This document shows positions 1-12,252 of a DNA stretch of 64,000 bases, piece by piece. Every line of letters starts with the position of its first letter. The stretch's first letter is position 1. The position numbers were made by a program, and so were the translations under genes. Where the stretch lies: the NCBI GenBank assembly GCA_041750285.1, contig JBGSZS010000019.1, positions 147,590-211,589 on the forward strand. The letters run 5' to 3'. The stretch comes from Candidatus Fermentibacteraceae bacterium. Its GTDB lineage: Bacteria; Fermentibacterota; Fermentibacteria; Fermentibacterales; JCC-6. The notes beneath the pieces are model-generated. The model was not told the origin of the DNA. It saw only the letters and a program-made list of their open reading frames with translations, and ran no database searches.

Positions 1-2
1 TG

Positions 3-485
3 GGCCCCTACTTCAGCTACAACACCGGCAGCACCACGAGGGGAAGGGTGTCGTTCGACCTTCCCCTTCTCGTCCAGGGGCAGCACCTTCTGATCCTCCA
101 GGCCACCGACGGGGTGGGAAACCCCTCGAGCGACAGCCTCACCGTCACCGTTGCCCAGCCCGGCGAGACGGTGTTCAGCCAGGTCATTGTCTACCCCAAC
201 CCCGGAGCCGGCCAAAGGTGCTTCAGCTTCGTTCTTTCAGGAGACGCGTGGGTGAGCGTCGGGATCTACACTGTGGCCGGCCGCGAGATCGCACGGGTCT
301 CCGGTCAGTGCAGCGTCGGGTACAACCAGCTCATCTGGGACGGACTCGACAGCGACGGCGACCCTCCCGCAACAGGCGCATACATATTCCAGCTGGGCGC
401 CGATGCCTCTGCGGGAGGCGGGTTCATCAGAAGGGCCGTTCACAGCGGTGTTTTTGCGGTGGTGAATCAGGGGGGAGTTCCATGA
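3..485 (+). CDS. C-terminal fragment of a secreted protein with a T9SS-type/FlgD-Ig C-terminal domain, probably a PorU/C25-family peptidase (5' end is outside the window)
   Basis: The frame is open from nt 3 (GPYFSYNTGSTTRGRVSFDLPLLVQGQHLLILQATDGVGN), which resembles the PorU C-terminal region. It is followed by VYPNP...IYTVAGR...WDGLDSDG...GAYIFQL, typical of CTD/FlgD-Ig domains. Confidence 0.7.
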   Translation, partial: GPYFSYNTGSTTRGRVSFDLPLLVQGQHLLILQATDGVGNPSSDSLTVTVAQPGETVFSQVIVYPNPGAGQRCFSFVLSGDAWVSVGIYTVAGREIARVSGQCSVGYNQLIWDGLDSDGDPPATGAYIFQLGADASAGGGFIRRAVHSGVFAVVNQGGVP

Positions 486-1639
486 CCGGTACTGAACCTT
501 CAGGCAAGATATCCTGGCTGTGGAAACAGGTGGAGGACGCCCGGGATGCGAAAGATGCCGAGCGAGCCCGGGAAGGGCTCAGCAGGCTGCTGGCTTCACA
601 GGAGATAAGGGGCACGCCGGACAGGGACCTTGCCCTGCTTTACCTTGCCCAACTGGAGATGGAGGAGGGAAGGGTTTCCGATGTGGCAAGAAGGCTTCAG
701 GACTTTCAGTGGCACGGCATCCCCGGACCGGCGGCCCTGCTTCTGGCATCGGACATCTTCATGAGGCTTGACTGGTACGAAAGGTCCCTCGAGGCCATGA
801 CCGGATATCTCGAGCACTACCCTCAGGATACCGACGCACTTAGAAAAAGGGGGCTCCTCCTGCTCATGCTCAACCGCGACCCCGAAGCCGAGAAGATCCT
901 GAACTCGGTTGCCCGGCGGGAGAAGTACCGGATTCCCTCTACACTCTCCTATCTGGCTATGCTCGAAGCAAAGAGGGGCAACCTGGAGGAGAGCCTGCAC
1001 CTGCTTCTGCAGGCCCGTGACCTTGCCCCGTTCGACGAGAGGATCGAGCACACCCTCCTGCGCATCGAAGCCCTCAGGGTGAGGTTTCGTAGATCGGTCA
1101 TCGAACACGACGACATCCCCCTCGAAAACGCCGTGTCCGGCATGGCCGCCGGAATGCTGGGGCTTCACGGCTACAGCAGGGAAAAGGCCCGCAGGGCCGC
1201 GTACCTGTGGAGCCACTTCTGCGCCCTGAAAAAACCAGCGGGGAGGAAACCCGCCATCTGGGCCGCCGCGCTGGAGTACGCGGTCACCCGGAACGGCCCC
1301 CACTACACACAGGAGCAGCTGGCCGGGGAGTATGGGGTCTCGGCCACTCAATTGGGTGAGCATTACCGTCTGCTTGCGGCCACGGTTGACATCGACAGCC
1401 CGTTCGATCCCCTCGACGAGGCCGCACGGGAAGGTGAGAACCTGAGCCTCGAGACCCGCAGGGAAGAGATGGCCGATGTTCTCGCCGGGCTTTCCGGAAG
1501 GCTGGGAACGTTTTCCGAACCAGGTGATGCTGTCGAGTGGGTATTGAAGCAGGTCCCTCCCCTTGACGAACCACAGCGCCGGGAAGTTGAGGACTTTGTA
1601 GCATATATCTGGCGAAAGCACAGGCGTACAGGGATTTAA
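482..1639 (+). CDS. TPR-repeat protein with a C-terminal TFIIB/cyclin-like helical (HTH) region
   Basis: ATG at 482 overlaps the upstream stop (ATGA). TPR-like helices (e.g. ALRKRGLLLLMLNRDPEAEKIL); C-terminal GRKPAIWAAALEY...TQEQLAGEYGVS. The ORF-track start at 218 lies inside the upstream gene. Confidence 0.75.
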   Translation: MTGTEPSGKISWLWKQVEDARDAKDAERAREGLSRLLASQEIRGTPDRDLALLYLAQLEMEEGRVSDVARRLQDFQWHGIPGPAALLLASDIFMRLDWYERSLEAMTGYLEHYPQDTDALRKRGLLLLMLNRDPEAEKILNSVARREKYRIPSTLSYLAMLEAKRGNLEESLHLLLQARDLAPFDERIEHTLLRIEALRVRFRRSVIEHDDIPLENAVSGMAAGMLGLHGYSREKARRAAYLWSHFCALKKPAGRKPAIWAAALEYAVTRNGPHYTQEQLAGEYGVSATQLGEHYRLLAATVDIDSPFDPLDEAAREGENLSLETRREEMADVLAGLSGRLGTFSEPGDAVEWVLKQVPPLDEPQRREVEDFVAYIWRKHRRTGI

Positions 1640-1651
1640 GCCGAATCGTCG

Positions 1652-1680
1652 TTGCGCCGTAAAGCTTCATCCGCTATATT
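1652..1680 (+). promoter_or_regulatory. Putative sigma70 promoter for ppdK
   Basis: TTGCGC-N17-TATATT in the intergenic gap, about 50 nt before the ATG. Confidence 0.45.
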
Positions 1681-1732
1681 TTGACTCTCAGACCATTTTC
1701 CTTTCTCAATCAACCCAGAGGACACGAAACTG

Positions 1733-4501
<2,769 letters not shown>

Positions 4502-4528
4502 GAGGGAAACGCCCTGAAAAGGCCTGAA

Positions 4529-6838
4529 GTGCTTCTGGCCATGGGCGGGTCCACACTGCGGGAAACCACCGTTGAGGCCCTTCTGAAGGAGGGTCTCACG
4601 GTATTGACTGCCGACAACGGCATGAAGGCCGCCGGTCTGGCCTGTGACAGCAGACCGGGCGTCGTTGTGGCTTCTGCGCTTCTGCCCTTTCTGGACGGCA
4701 TCCGCCTTTGCCGGTTCCTGAAGTCCCATCCGGGAACGGTGGGAACACCAGTGGTGATCTTCATTCCCGACGGCAACCGGAACCTGAGGTTCAGGGCAGA
4801 GCTGGCCGGCGCCGACGCCGTCCTGCCCTATTCGCACCCGGCGCCAAGCCTCGCCAGAAAGCTTTCCACCCTTGCAGCTGGGAACCCTGCGGGCGGCTCG
4901 TCCACCCACCCCGACAGCGACCAGATCCTGCATTCGCTTTCCGAAACCCTGCTGGAGCAGCTCGAGCGGCTCGAGACAGTTGCGGGGCTCGCCGAAGGCT
5001 TGAGAACCTCGGTGACCGTCCAGGAGCTCTTCAGAAGGCTTGCAGTTGCGGTTCTTGTTGGACTGGGATTCGAAAGGGTCTGGGGTGGCGGCAGGCACCC
5101 CGATGGAACCCGCTTTGAAGTGCACGTTGCCATGGGCACCGGAATCTCCCGGAAGCCCATCGAACTCCGCCAGTCCGATTCGCCTGCGGCCATCGCCGTG
5201 AGAGAACGGAGGCAGGTGCGTTCCTCAACTCTCGACGCTCCTCCCGGAATAATCGAGTGGTCCGGAACCTTTGACTACCTTGACACTCCAATAGTTGCGG
5301 GTGGCGAAGTCCTCGGCCTGGTCAGGACCGACAGGGGGGCGACGGGACGACCCTTCACGCCTTGGGCCGCCGAGGGTGTCAGGATACTGGCAGACATGGC
5401 TGCTGGAAACCTGCTCGGCATGATGGCCCAGGAAAAGGTGGCAAGGTGCCTCGACGAATCCGCTGAACTGCTGAATGCCCTCGAAAGCGCTGTTGTCTGC
5501 GTTGATTCACGTGGGCTCATAACCGAGGCCAGGGGCAACACAAGTGCCCTTCTGGGGCGCGAATCCCATCATCTGGTGGGTGAGAGCTTCAAGGCGGCCG
5601 TGGTTCTCAGGGGTGTCGATCAGGAGGACCTTGCGGCATCGGCTTTCGCCGGGAATCCTGAGAGCGCCTCGGGTGTGATAGCCGACAACGCCAACGAAAG
5701 GGTCCTCGAGGTCAGGTATCTGCCGGGACGGGTCAGGGGACGCAGTGTTGAGAGCGTGAAGATCATCTTCAGCGACATGACCCGTGAGTATCAGCTTGGC
5801 CTCGAACTGCAGGACAGGACCCAGGAACTCGAGACGATATCGGGCATTTCCAGGGAACTCCAGGCCGTCTCCGACATCGACTCGGTCTGCTCCACACTGC
5901 TGAAAACCCTTCAGAGGCTCTACCCCAGGGAATGCCTGTCAATCCTTCTCGCGGGAAGCCTTGACGAGGGGGCTGTTCCCGAGGTCATGGTGGTCAAGGC
6001 GGAAAGGGGCTACAGGGAAGAGTGGTCACCCGTGGGCCAGGTCCTCAAGATGACACCCGGCGGCAGGGGCGCCGTTCTCAGGGCCGTGTACTCCGCAAGA
6101 CCCGTCAACATCCGTGACACGGGCCAGACCATCGACTACGTTGCGAATCAGGAAGGCATCGCAAGCGAACTTGTCGTGCCCATGGTCAGCCAGGGAAGGA
6201 TCGTCGGCGTCATAGACCTTCAGAGTCCGGTCGCCTACCGTTACGAATCCGATGACGTCAGAAGGATACAGAAGATAGCCGAGCAGGCAGCAGGTGCAGT
6301 CGAAAGCGCTCTGATGCAGGACGAGCTTTTCGACATGGCCCGCCGGGACAGACTGACCGGCCTGCACAATCTCAGATACTTCGAGGAGAAGTACGCGGAG
6401 GAGTTCGACAGAGCCAGCCGGTACGGATACCCTTTTTCCCTCATCGTTCTGGATATCGACGATTTCAAGGTCTACAACGACACCTTCGGCCATCCCATGG
6501 GCAACCTGCTTTTGAAAAGGCTCACCGTTGCAGTGAGGAACGCCCTTCGCGAGGTTGACATACCCGTTCGCTACGGTGGCGAGGAGTTCGTTTGCATCCT
6601 TCCGCTGACAGACATCAGGGTCGCCGAGGAGGTCGCCGAACGGATCAGGCAAAGGGTGCTGGACGCCAACCCGGACATACCGCATGCCGAGACGCAACCG
6701 GGAGGCTGTGTCAGCGTGAGCCTGGGCGTTGCGAGCTTCCCGGTTGACAGCAGGGAGCGCGACGAATTGTTCGAGATCGCCGACCAGCGCATGTACAGCG
6801 CCAAGAGAGCCGGCAAGAACCGTGTCTGTGCCCGCTGA
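4529..6838 (+). CDS. Diguanylate cyclase: degenerate REC-GAF-PAS-GAF-GGDEF
   Basis: DRLTGLHN, DIDDFKVYNDTFGH, RYGGEEF, ADQRMYSAKRAGKN. N-terminal receiver-like segment. The start may be an in-frame CTG at 4514. Confidence 0.9.
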   Translation: MLLAMGGSTLRETTVEALLKEGLTVLTADNGMKAAGLACDSRPGVVVASALLPFLDGIRLCRFLKSHPGTVGTPVVIFIPDGNRNLRFRAELAGADAVLPYSHPAPSLARKLSTLAAGNPAGGSSTHPDSDQILHSLSETLLEQLERLETVAGLAEGLRTSVTVQELFRRLAVAVLVGLGFERVWGGGRHPDGTRFEVHVAMGTGISRKPIELRQSDSPAAIAVRERRQVRSSTLDAPPGIIEWSGTFDYLDTPIVAGGEVLGLVRTDRGATGRPFTPWAAEGVRILADMAAGNLLGMMAQEKVARCLDESAELLNALESAVVCVDSRGLITEARGNTSALLGRESHHLVGESFKAAVVLRGVDQEDLAASAFAGNPESASGVIADNANERVLEVRYLPGRVRGRSVESVKIIFSDMTREYQLGLELQDRTQELETISGISRELQAVSDIDSVCSTLLKTLQRLYPRECLSILLAGSLDEGAVPEVMVVKAERGYREEWSPVGQVLKMTPGGRGAVLRAVYSARPVNIRDTGQTIDYVANQEGIASELVVPMVSQGRIVGVIDLQSPVAYRYESDDVRRIQKIAEQAAGAVESALMQDELFDMARRDRLTGLHNLRYFEEKYAEEFDRASRYGYPFSLIVLDIDDFKVYNDTFGHPMGNLLLKRLTVAVRNALREVDIPVRYGGEEFVCILPLTDIRVAEEVAERIRQRVLDANPDIPHAETQPGGCVSVSLGVASFPVDSRERDELFEIADQRMYSAKRAGKNRVCAR

Positions 6839-6842
6839 GACC

Positions 6843-7955
6843 ATGTTCCCCGACGTTGTCGTAAGAAGCGGTTTTCAGGGCTACGACCGCCGGATCATCA
6901 TGGCCGCCCTGCAGGAGATGGTGAACTGCATCGGCGGATGGCCGGACCGGGCGGTTTCCGGGGCGAAGGTGCTTCTCAAGGTCAACATGCTCTCCGCCAA
7001 AAGTCCCGAAAGGGGGATAACCACCCATCCCGAGGTCGCGGCGGCAGTGGGGCTCCTTTTGAAGGCCCGGGGTTGTGACGTTTTCGTGGGCGACAGCCCG
7101 GGCGGAGCGGTGAAGGGTGTGGAAAGGTACTGGAAGAACTGCGGCTTTCTGGAGATGTCCCGGGAGACCGGCATAGGCCTTGTGAACTTCGAAAGCTCGG
7201 GTTCGAGAAGGATTGAAGTGAGGGGCAGGTCTTACAACGTTGCCGTTCCGGTCATCGAGGGTTTCGACGTCAGGATCAACCTGTGCAAGTTCAAGACCCA
7301 CTCCTACTGCCGGATGACGAACGCGGTCAAGAACAGCTTCGGCATCGTTCCGGGACTTGGAAAGGCCATGCTTCACACCATTTCGCCCCGTCCCCGTGAT
7401 CTGGCCATCAACATCGTGGACCTTTACGAGGCCGCGCGTTTCGACCTGCACATTTCCGACGCCATAATCGCCATGGACGGCAGGGGTCCCAGCACCGACG
7501 GCACCCCAAGGCCGGACGGGGTCCTCGCCATGGCGCGTGACGGCGTGTGCATGGATGCTGCCATGTGCGCAATGGCGGGTCTGCCCCCGCTCGAACTTGA
7601 CACGACCCGTGAAGCCAGGAGAAGGGGGCTCGGCAAGGCTCCGGAAGAGATCGTGACCGACGGAGACCACCGGTTCGAGAACTTCCGCATTCCCGGGCAG
7701 TCATGGCTGAACAACGTTCCGCCGTTCATGGGAACCGTGGTCAGGGCTTTGCTCAGGGTGGCGCCCCGTTCAAACGGGAATTGCACGGGTTGCGGTTTCT
7801 GCGCACGGAGCTGCCCGGTCGACGCCATAGTAGTTAAGAGAAACAGAGCGGTGATGAAGAGGGGCAAATGCATCATGTGTCTGTGCTGTCACGAGTTGTG
7901 TCCCGAGAACGCAGTGGAGATAAAGTCGCCCTTCCTGAGGCGGACCAGGCGATGA
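6843..7955 (+). CDS. DUF362 family protein with a C-terminal 2x[4Fe-4S] ferredoxin domain
   Basis: KVLLKVNML, TTHPEV, GDSPGG, KFKTH...AVKNSFG..PG; CTGCGFCARSCP and CIMCLCCHELCP. Start at ATG 6843 (GTG 6822 is an alternative). Confidence 0.9.
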   Translation: MFPDVVVRSGFQGYDRRIIMAALQEMVNCIGGWPDRAVSGAKVLLKVNMLSAKSPERGITTHPEVAAAVGLLLKARGCDVFVGDSPGGAVKGVERYWKNCGFLEMSRETGIGLVNFESSGSRRIEVRGRSYNVAVPVIEGFDVRINLCKFKTHSYCRMTNAVKNSFGIVPGLGKAMLHTISPRPRDLAINIVDLYEAARFDLHISDAIIAMDGRGPSTDGTPRPDGVLAMARDGVCMDAAMCAMAGLPPLELDTTREARRRGLGKAPEEIVTDGDHRFENFRIPGQSWLNNVPPFMGTVVRALLRVAPRSNGNCTGCGFCARSCPVDAIVVKRNRAVMKRGKCIMCLCCHELCPENAVEIKSPFLRRTRR

Positions 7956-8887
7956 GCGGCCCGGGGATGAGTTTCAGCCATCGCCTTCAGTACGCCGCCA
8001 TCAGGTTCGTGTCGGCGATGCTCAACGCGGCCCCCCTCGGCGCTGCCCTGGCTGTCGGATCTCTGCTGGGGAGGATATGCTGGAGCGTCCTCGGGGTCCG
8101 CAGGGGCGTCTGCCGTGTGAACATCCACCAGGCGTTCCCGGACCTGCCCCGCAGGGAGACCGACCGTATTGGACGGGATTCCTACCGGAACGCCGGAAGG
8201 TTCATGGTCGAGTTCGCAAGGCAGCCGGGTATGGGGCGCGCCTACGCGGAGAAGTACGTCACCGTGGAACCCACGCCTGCCCTGCGGGAGTTTCTCGAGA
8301 TCCCGACCGGTCTTCTGGCCATCAGTTTTCACTTCGGCAACTGGGAGTACGGCGGCATCATGACCGGCTTTTTGAAGCCGGGCACCGCCTTCCTCGTGGG
8401 CGAACAGCGGAACGAGCTTGTGGACGGATACATCAACAGGCTCAGGGGTTCTCACGGGAACACCCTGCTCACGCGCGACGCAGCGATGAGGGGGATAATC
8501 GGCATCGCGAAGAACGGTGGCGCGGCAAGCTGGCTCAGCGATCAGGACGCCGGGAAGAACGGCATCGTGGTCCCCTTCTTCGGTTATCCGGCATCCACTC
8601 CCCGGGGGGCTGCGGCATTCAGCGTGAAACTCGGAATTCCCATCGCCTGCAGCTTTATGGTGAGGGTTCGTGGTCCCCATCAGAAGTTCGTTCTCAGGGC
8701 GGTGCTTCACCCCCGGACAGACCTTCCGCGGGACGAGGCCGAAAAGGACATCACCATGAGGTATACGAAGGTTCTTGAAGACGCCGTGAGGGAGAACCCC
8801 GACCATTACTGGTGGGCACACCGGAGATGGAAGACGACCGGGCTTTACAGAAAAGTTGAGAACACGCCAAAGGGTGTTCGGGCATGA
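7952..8887 (+). CDS. Lipid A biosynthesis acyltransferase (LpxL/HtrB, lysophospholipid acyltransferase family)
   Basis: HFGNWE, SDQDAG..GIVVPFFG, VRENPDHYWWAHRRWK. ATGA overlap with the upstream stop. Confidence 0.9.
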   Translation: MSGPGMSFSHRLQYAAIRFVSAMLNAAPLGAALAVGSLLGRICWSVLGVRRGVCRVNIHQAFPDLPRRETDRIGRDSYRNAGRFMVEFARQPGMGRAYAEKYVTVEPTPALREFLEIPTGLLAISFHFGNWEYGGIMTGFLKPGTAFLVGEQRNELVDGYINRLRGSHGNTLLTRDAAMRGIIGIAKNGGAASWLSDQDAGKNGIVVPFFGYPASTPRGAAAFSVKLGIPIACSFMVRVRGPHQKFVLRAVLHPRTDLPRDEAEKDITMRYTKVLEDAVRENPDHYWWAHRRWKTTGLYRKVENTPKGVRA

Positions 8888-8941
8888 TTCCCGCCGGACG
8901 ACCGGGCAACCGGGCGTTCGACGACTGACGATGATCGGGGG

Positions 8942-9991
8942 GTGATGATGAGCTGTTTTCTTCTTTGCCTTGGTCTTTTTTCCGGGGACATTTACGACCC
9001 CGGAGCGGGAGCGTTCATCGACGAGGCCGGTTACTATCACGAGGCGTTCGCACTGGGGGATTCCTGCTACCGGGCTTCCGACTATGAGGGCGCGGCCGGG
9101 TTCTACCTTGAAGGGCTGAGAGCCCAGCCCTGGGACGCGACGTACATATACAACCTGTCGTGCTGTTTCGGCCTCCTGGAGAGGGCGGACCTTGCCGCCC
9201 TGTACCTGAGGCGTGCCTGGAACGCCGGTTTCACGAACATGACGTTCGTTCTTGAAGACAGGGACTTCGAGCGCGTCAGGGGGGTCGAACCGTTCAGTTC
9301 CCTGGTCGACAGCCTGTCGGAAGTGTCGCTGAACGAAGCCGCCCTGGAGGGGGAACTGATCGTCCTCCGCACGACGGGGCCCTTCGAGTGCCGTGTGAAC
9401 ACGCCCGAAGGGTATGACGGCACCGAGACCCTTCCTCTTTTGATCGGTCTGCACGGCGTGGGTGGCACACCGGAGGGGTTCATGCGCCTCTGGAACGTTG
9501 CGCGTGAGTTTCCGTGCATCATGGCGGTTCCCCAGGCGCCCTGCCCCTTCGACACGGGTGAAGGACTTGGGTACAGCTGGTTCGAGGACGGGTTCCCGAT
9601 GGCGAGCTCACGGGACTACATCATGGCCGTTCTTGATTCCCTGGAGGGAAGGTACAACGTCGGGGCCGTATATCTTTTCGGCTACTCGCAGGGTGCGGGG
9701 ATGGCACTCATGACCGGGCTTCACGCACCCGAACGGTTCGACGGGCTGGCTGCGTTCAGTGGCTGGCTCCCCGAAGAGCTGACCGACCACGAGATCCAGG
9801 CGGCCGCGGGCATGCCCGTGCGGATCGTGCACGGTGAACAGGACGGCGCGGTGACCTTCGAGAACGCAATGCATGCCGTGTCGGTCCTGGCGGCTCACGG
9901 CTACGACGTCGGGCTGCTTTCGTTCCAGGGTGAGCACCGCTTCGAGGCCGGGCTGTTCCGGCAGGTACTGGAGGAGTTCCTGGGGCGGTAG
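8942..9991 (+). CDS. TPR + alpha/beta-hydrolase (phospholipase/carboxylesterase), probably exported
   Basis: Hydrophobic N-terminus; YNLSCCFGLL..AALYLRRA..AGF TPR-end motif; LHGVGG, GYSQGAG nucleophile elbow, HGEQD, GEH. Confidence 0.85.
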   Translation: MMMSCFLLCLGLFSGDIYDPGAGAFIDEAGYYHEAFALGDSCYRASDYEGAAGFYLEGLRAQPWDATYIYNLSCCFGLLERADLAALYLRRAWNAGFTNMTFVLEDRDFERVRGVEPFSSLVDSLSEVSLNEAALEGELIVLRTTGPFECRVNTPEGYDGTETLPLLIGLHGVGGTPEGFMRLWNVAREFPCIMAVPQAPCPFDTGEGLGYSWFEDGFPMASSRDYIMAVLDSLEGRYNVGAVYLFGYSQGAGMALMTGLHAPERFDGLAAFSGWLPEELTDHEIQAAAGMPVRIVHGEQDGAVTFENAMHAVSVLAAHGYDVGLLSFQGEHRFEAGLFRQVLEEFLGR

Positions 9992-10004
9992 CGGTCCCCT
10001 CTCC

Positions 10005-11111
10005 CTAGTTCAGATTCAGCACGTACAGCCTCTGGAAGCCATCCGCGGGGTCGGCCTCCCATGCCAGGATGCCCCTTGGGGAGATGCTGAAGGTCCAACT
10101 CCAACCCTGTTCAGGGAACGCAACCTGCCGGACCCGGTTCCCCGTTGCGTCGAAGACGTCGAACAAGGGAGAGTCCGAAGTGCCCCTCTGTACCCAGAGA
10201 TTGCCGTCGGGTCCCACACCCAGAGCCACCACCATGTCCCTGAAGGGTTCGGGCTCGAACTCGAAGGGCATGCCGCCCCCCATGTTCTGTATGTACTGTG
10301 TTACGTAGGCCTTTTCCTCGGCGATCTCCTCCGGGGTCTTGGGCACGGGCTCAAGGTCGAGCGAAGCCCTGAAGAACTCCTCACCCGACGCGTTCCAACC
10401 GACAATACCGTATTCCTCCCCGCTCTTCTCCGAGAAATACACGGAGCCGGCGCCGTCGCCCTCGAGACAGAATGCGTCGAGCAGTTCCGTGATGAACATG
10501 GAAGGGTTCTCCATGAGGTCTCCCGGAGTTGCGGTGAGGGAATCCTCCCACAGAACGGTGTCGAAATCCTCTTCGCCAACCGTGTAGATGACTATGCGAC
10601 GGTTCATCAGGATCACTTCGCCGACCATGTCAGCATCGATCTTGTAGGACGCGAAGGTGCTGTCGGAAAGGGGAACCGACTGCATCGGTGGATTCTGGGT
10701 CCAGTGGCTGATCTCGCTTTCCAGCCTCAGGCTGTCGTCGAACACCACGAAGCCCTGCTTCATCATCTCCAGGACCATGACGTTTCCATCCGGCATCTGG
10801 AAGAATTCCCATGGCATGTTGAGCTCACCCGGGCCACCGCCCCGCCTTGACACCTGGGCGAGATACTCGCCCTCCGGATCGAACACCTTTATGCAGGCGC
10901 CCTGCCTGTCAAGCACCAGGATCCTGCCGTCCTGCATGATCAGGGCGTCCTGGATGAGGCCGAAGGTGGATGTGGAATCGCCAAGTTCCTCCCCGATGGA
11001 CATGACTGCTGCGAGAGTGTCTACCGGCAGCGCGGATTCGTCGGCTGAAGGCGCCGGGGGGTTGCCGCAGGCGAAGAGGGCAAGGAGGAGTGCAACACTG
11101 ATCCTTTTCAT
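10005..11111 (-). CDS. Lipoprotein with an NHL/6-bladed beta-propeller
   Basis: Lipobox LFA-C; ILVLDRQGACIKVFDPEGEYL....GGGPGEL; GPDGNLWV. Confidence 0.8.
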   Translation of the reverse strand: MKRISVALLLALFACGNPPAPSADESALPVDTLAAVMSIGEELGDSTSTFGLIQDALIMQDGRILVLDRQGACIKVFDPEGEYLAQVSRRGGGPGELNMPWEFFQMPDGNVMVLEMMKQGFVVFDDSLRLESEISHWTQNPPMQSVPLSDSTFASYKIDADMVGEVILMNRRIVIYTVGEEDFDTVLWEDSLTATPGDLMENPSMFITELLDAFCLEGDGAGSVYFSEKSGEEYGIVGWNASGEEFFRASLDLEPVPKTPEEIAEEKAYVTQYIQNMGGGMPFEFEPEPFRDMVVALGVGPDGNLWVQRGTSDSPLFDVFDATGNRVRQVAFPEQGWSWTFSISPRGILAWEADPADGFQRLYVLNLN

Positions 11112-11192
11112 GATGATCCTCTCTGTTGATGGTTCCAGTGTGGGGATGTGACGAACAATATAGTGAAGCGAACGGTCATCGACTGAATGGCG

Positions 11193-11201
11193 TGTTATAA
11201 T
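11193..11201 (+). promoter_or_regulatory. Extended -10 promoter upstream of the gpsA operon
   Basis: Perfect TGnTATAAT (TGTTATAAT), 26 nt before the ATG at 11228. Confidence 0.55.
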
Positions 11202-11227
11202 CCACCATGAAGAGGTGGAGGACAGAA

Positions 11228-12202
11228 ATGAAACAGGCGGTTCTCGGGTGCGGCCGATGGGGCAGCTTTCACCTGTGGTACGGCGCCGGGCTCGGTCACA
11301 TCATGTCGGGATGGGAACCCGCCGGAAGCGAACCCTTCCGCGATCTCGTCCAGTTCCGTCGGAACGCCTTTCTTTCCATTCCTGAAAGCGTCCTGCTGAC
11401 GACATCCCTCACCGATGCGATCAGGGATGCTCAACAGATCGTCGTTTCCTGCCCCGCCCAGTCCTTTCGAAGCCTGGCCCGGGCACTTTCCGGGCATGAT
11501 CTTTCAGCCGTCGATCTTGTGCTGTGCATGAAGGGCCTTGAGTCAGGCACGGGTAAAAGGCTTTCCACCGTGGCATTCGAGGAGGGGGTCAAACCCCTTT
11601 CCCTGAGCACATGGGTGGGTCCGGGGCACCCGCAGGAGTTCGTCAAGGGCGTTCCGGGGTGCATGATCGTGGCATCCGGGAACGAGGCTGCTGCGGTAAG
11701 GGTTTCTGCAACCGCGTCTTCCCCGCTCATCAGGATCTACCACAGCCGGGACCTGACAGGCTGCGAGATCGGGGCAGCGGCGAAGAACGTCATAGGTATC
11801 GCGGCTGGAATGCTTGACGGAAAGGGCATGACCGGGCTGAAGGGCGCACTGATGGCGAGGGGACCGCAGGAGGTCGCCCGTCTCGTCTCCGCAGCGGGTG
11901 GCGATTGGCGAAGTGTTTACGGGCTGAGCCATCTTGGTGATTACGAAGCCACTCTTTTCTCTCCCTGGAGCAGGAACAGGGCCTGGGGTGAGGCCTTCGT
12001 CCGGGGCGGGAGGGTGACCGGGCTCGCTGAAGGCGTTCCCACAAGCGAAGCCCTTCTGATGCTTGCCCGTGACCTTGGTGTGGAACTGCCCATCACCGGG
12101 ATGGTTGCGGGCATGATCAGTGGCGTGATAAGTTTCGAGGATGCGGTGGAAACCCTGTTCGGAAGACCGATGAAGGAGGAGTTTCCGGACATCCTTCGCT
12201 GA
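11228..12202 (+). CDS. gpsA: NAD(P)H-dependent glycerol-3-phosphate dehydrogenase
   Basis: LGCGRWG Rossmann motif, MKGLE..GKRLS, EIGAAAKNVIGIAAG, GLSHLGD, SRNR, AEGVPT. RBS GGAGG before ATG 11228. Confidence 0.9.
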   Translation: MKQAVLGCGRWGSFHLWYGAGLGHIMSGWEPAGSEPFRDLVQFRRNAFLSIPESVLLTTSLTDAIRDAQQIVVSCPAQSFRSLARALSGHDLSAVDLVLCMKGLESGTGKRLSTVAFEEGVKPLSLSTWVGPGHPQEFVKGVPGCMIVASGNEAAAVRVSATASSPLIRIYHSRDLTGCEIGAAAKNVIGIAAGMLDGKGMTGLKGALMARGPQEVARLVSAAGGDWRSVYGLSHLGDYEATLFSPWSRNRAWGEAFVRGGRVTGLAEGVPTSEALLMLARDLGVELPITGMVAGMISGVISFEDAVETLFGRPMKEEFPDILR

Positions 12203-12252
12203 TGCGCCCGAGCCGTTTTGAAACGATCCGTTCCGAAAGTATCTTACACTCT

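Noticed and set aside
8884..8928. Short ATG-initiated ORF overlapping the acyltransferase stop
   Set aside because: Only 14 codons, ends in TGA out of frame with the next gene, with no Cys context or SECIS-like hairpin noticed.
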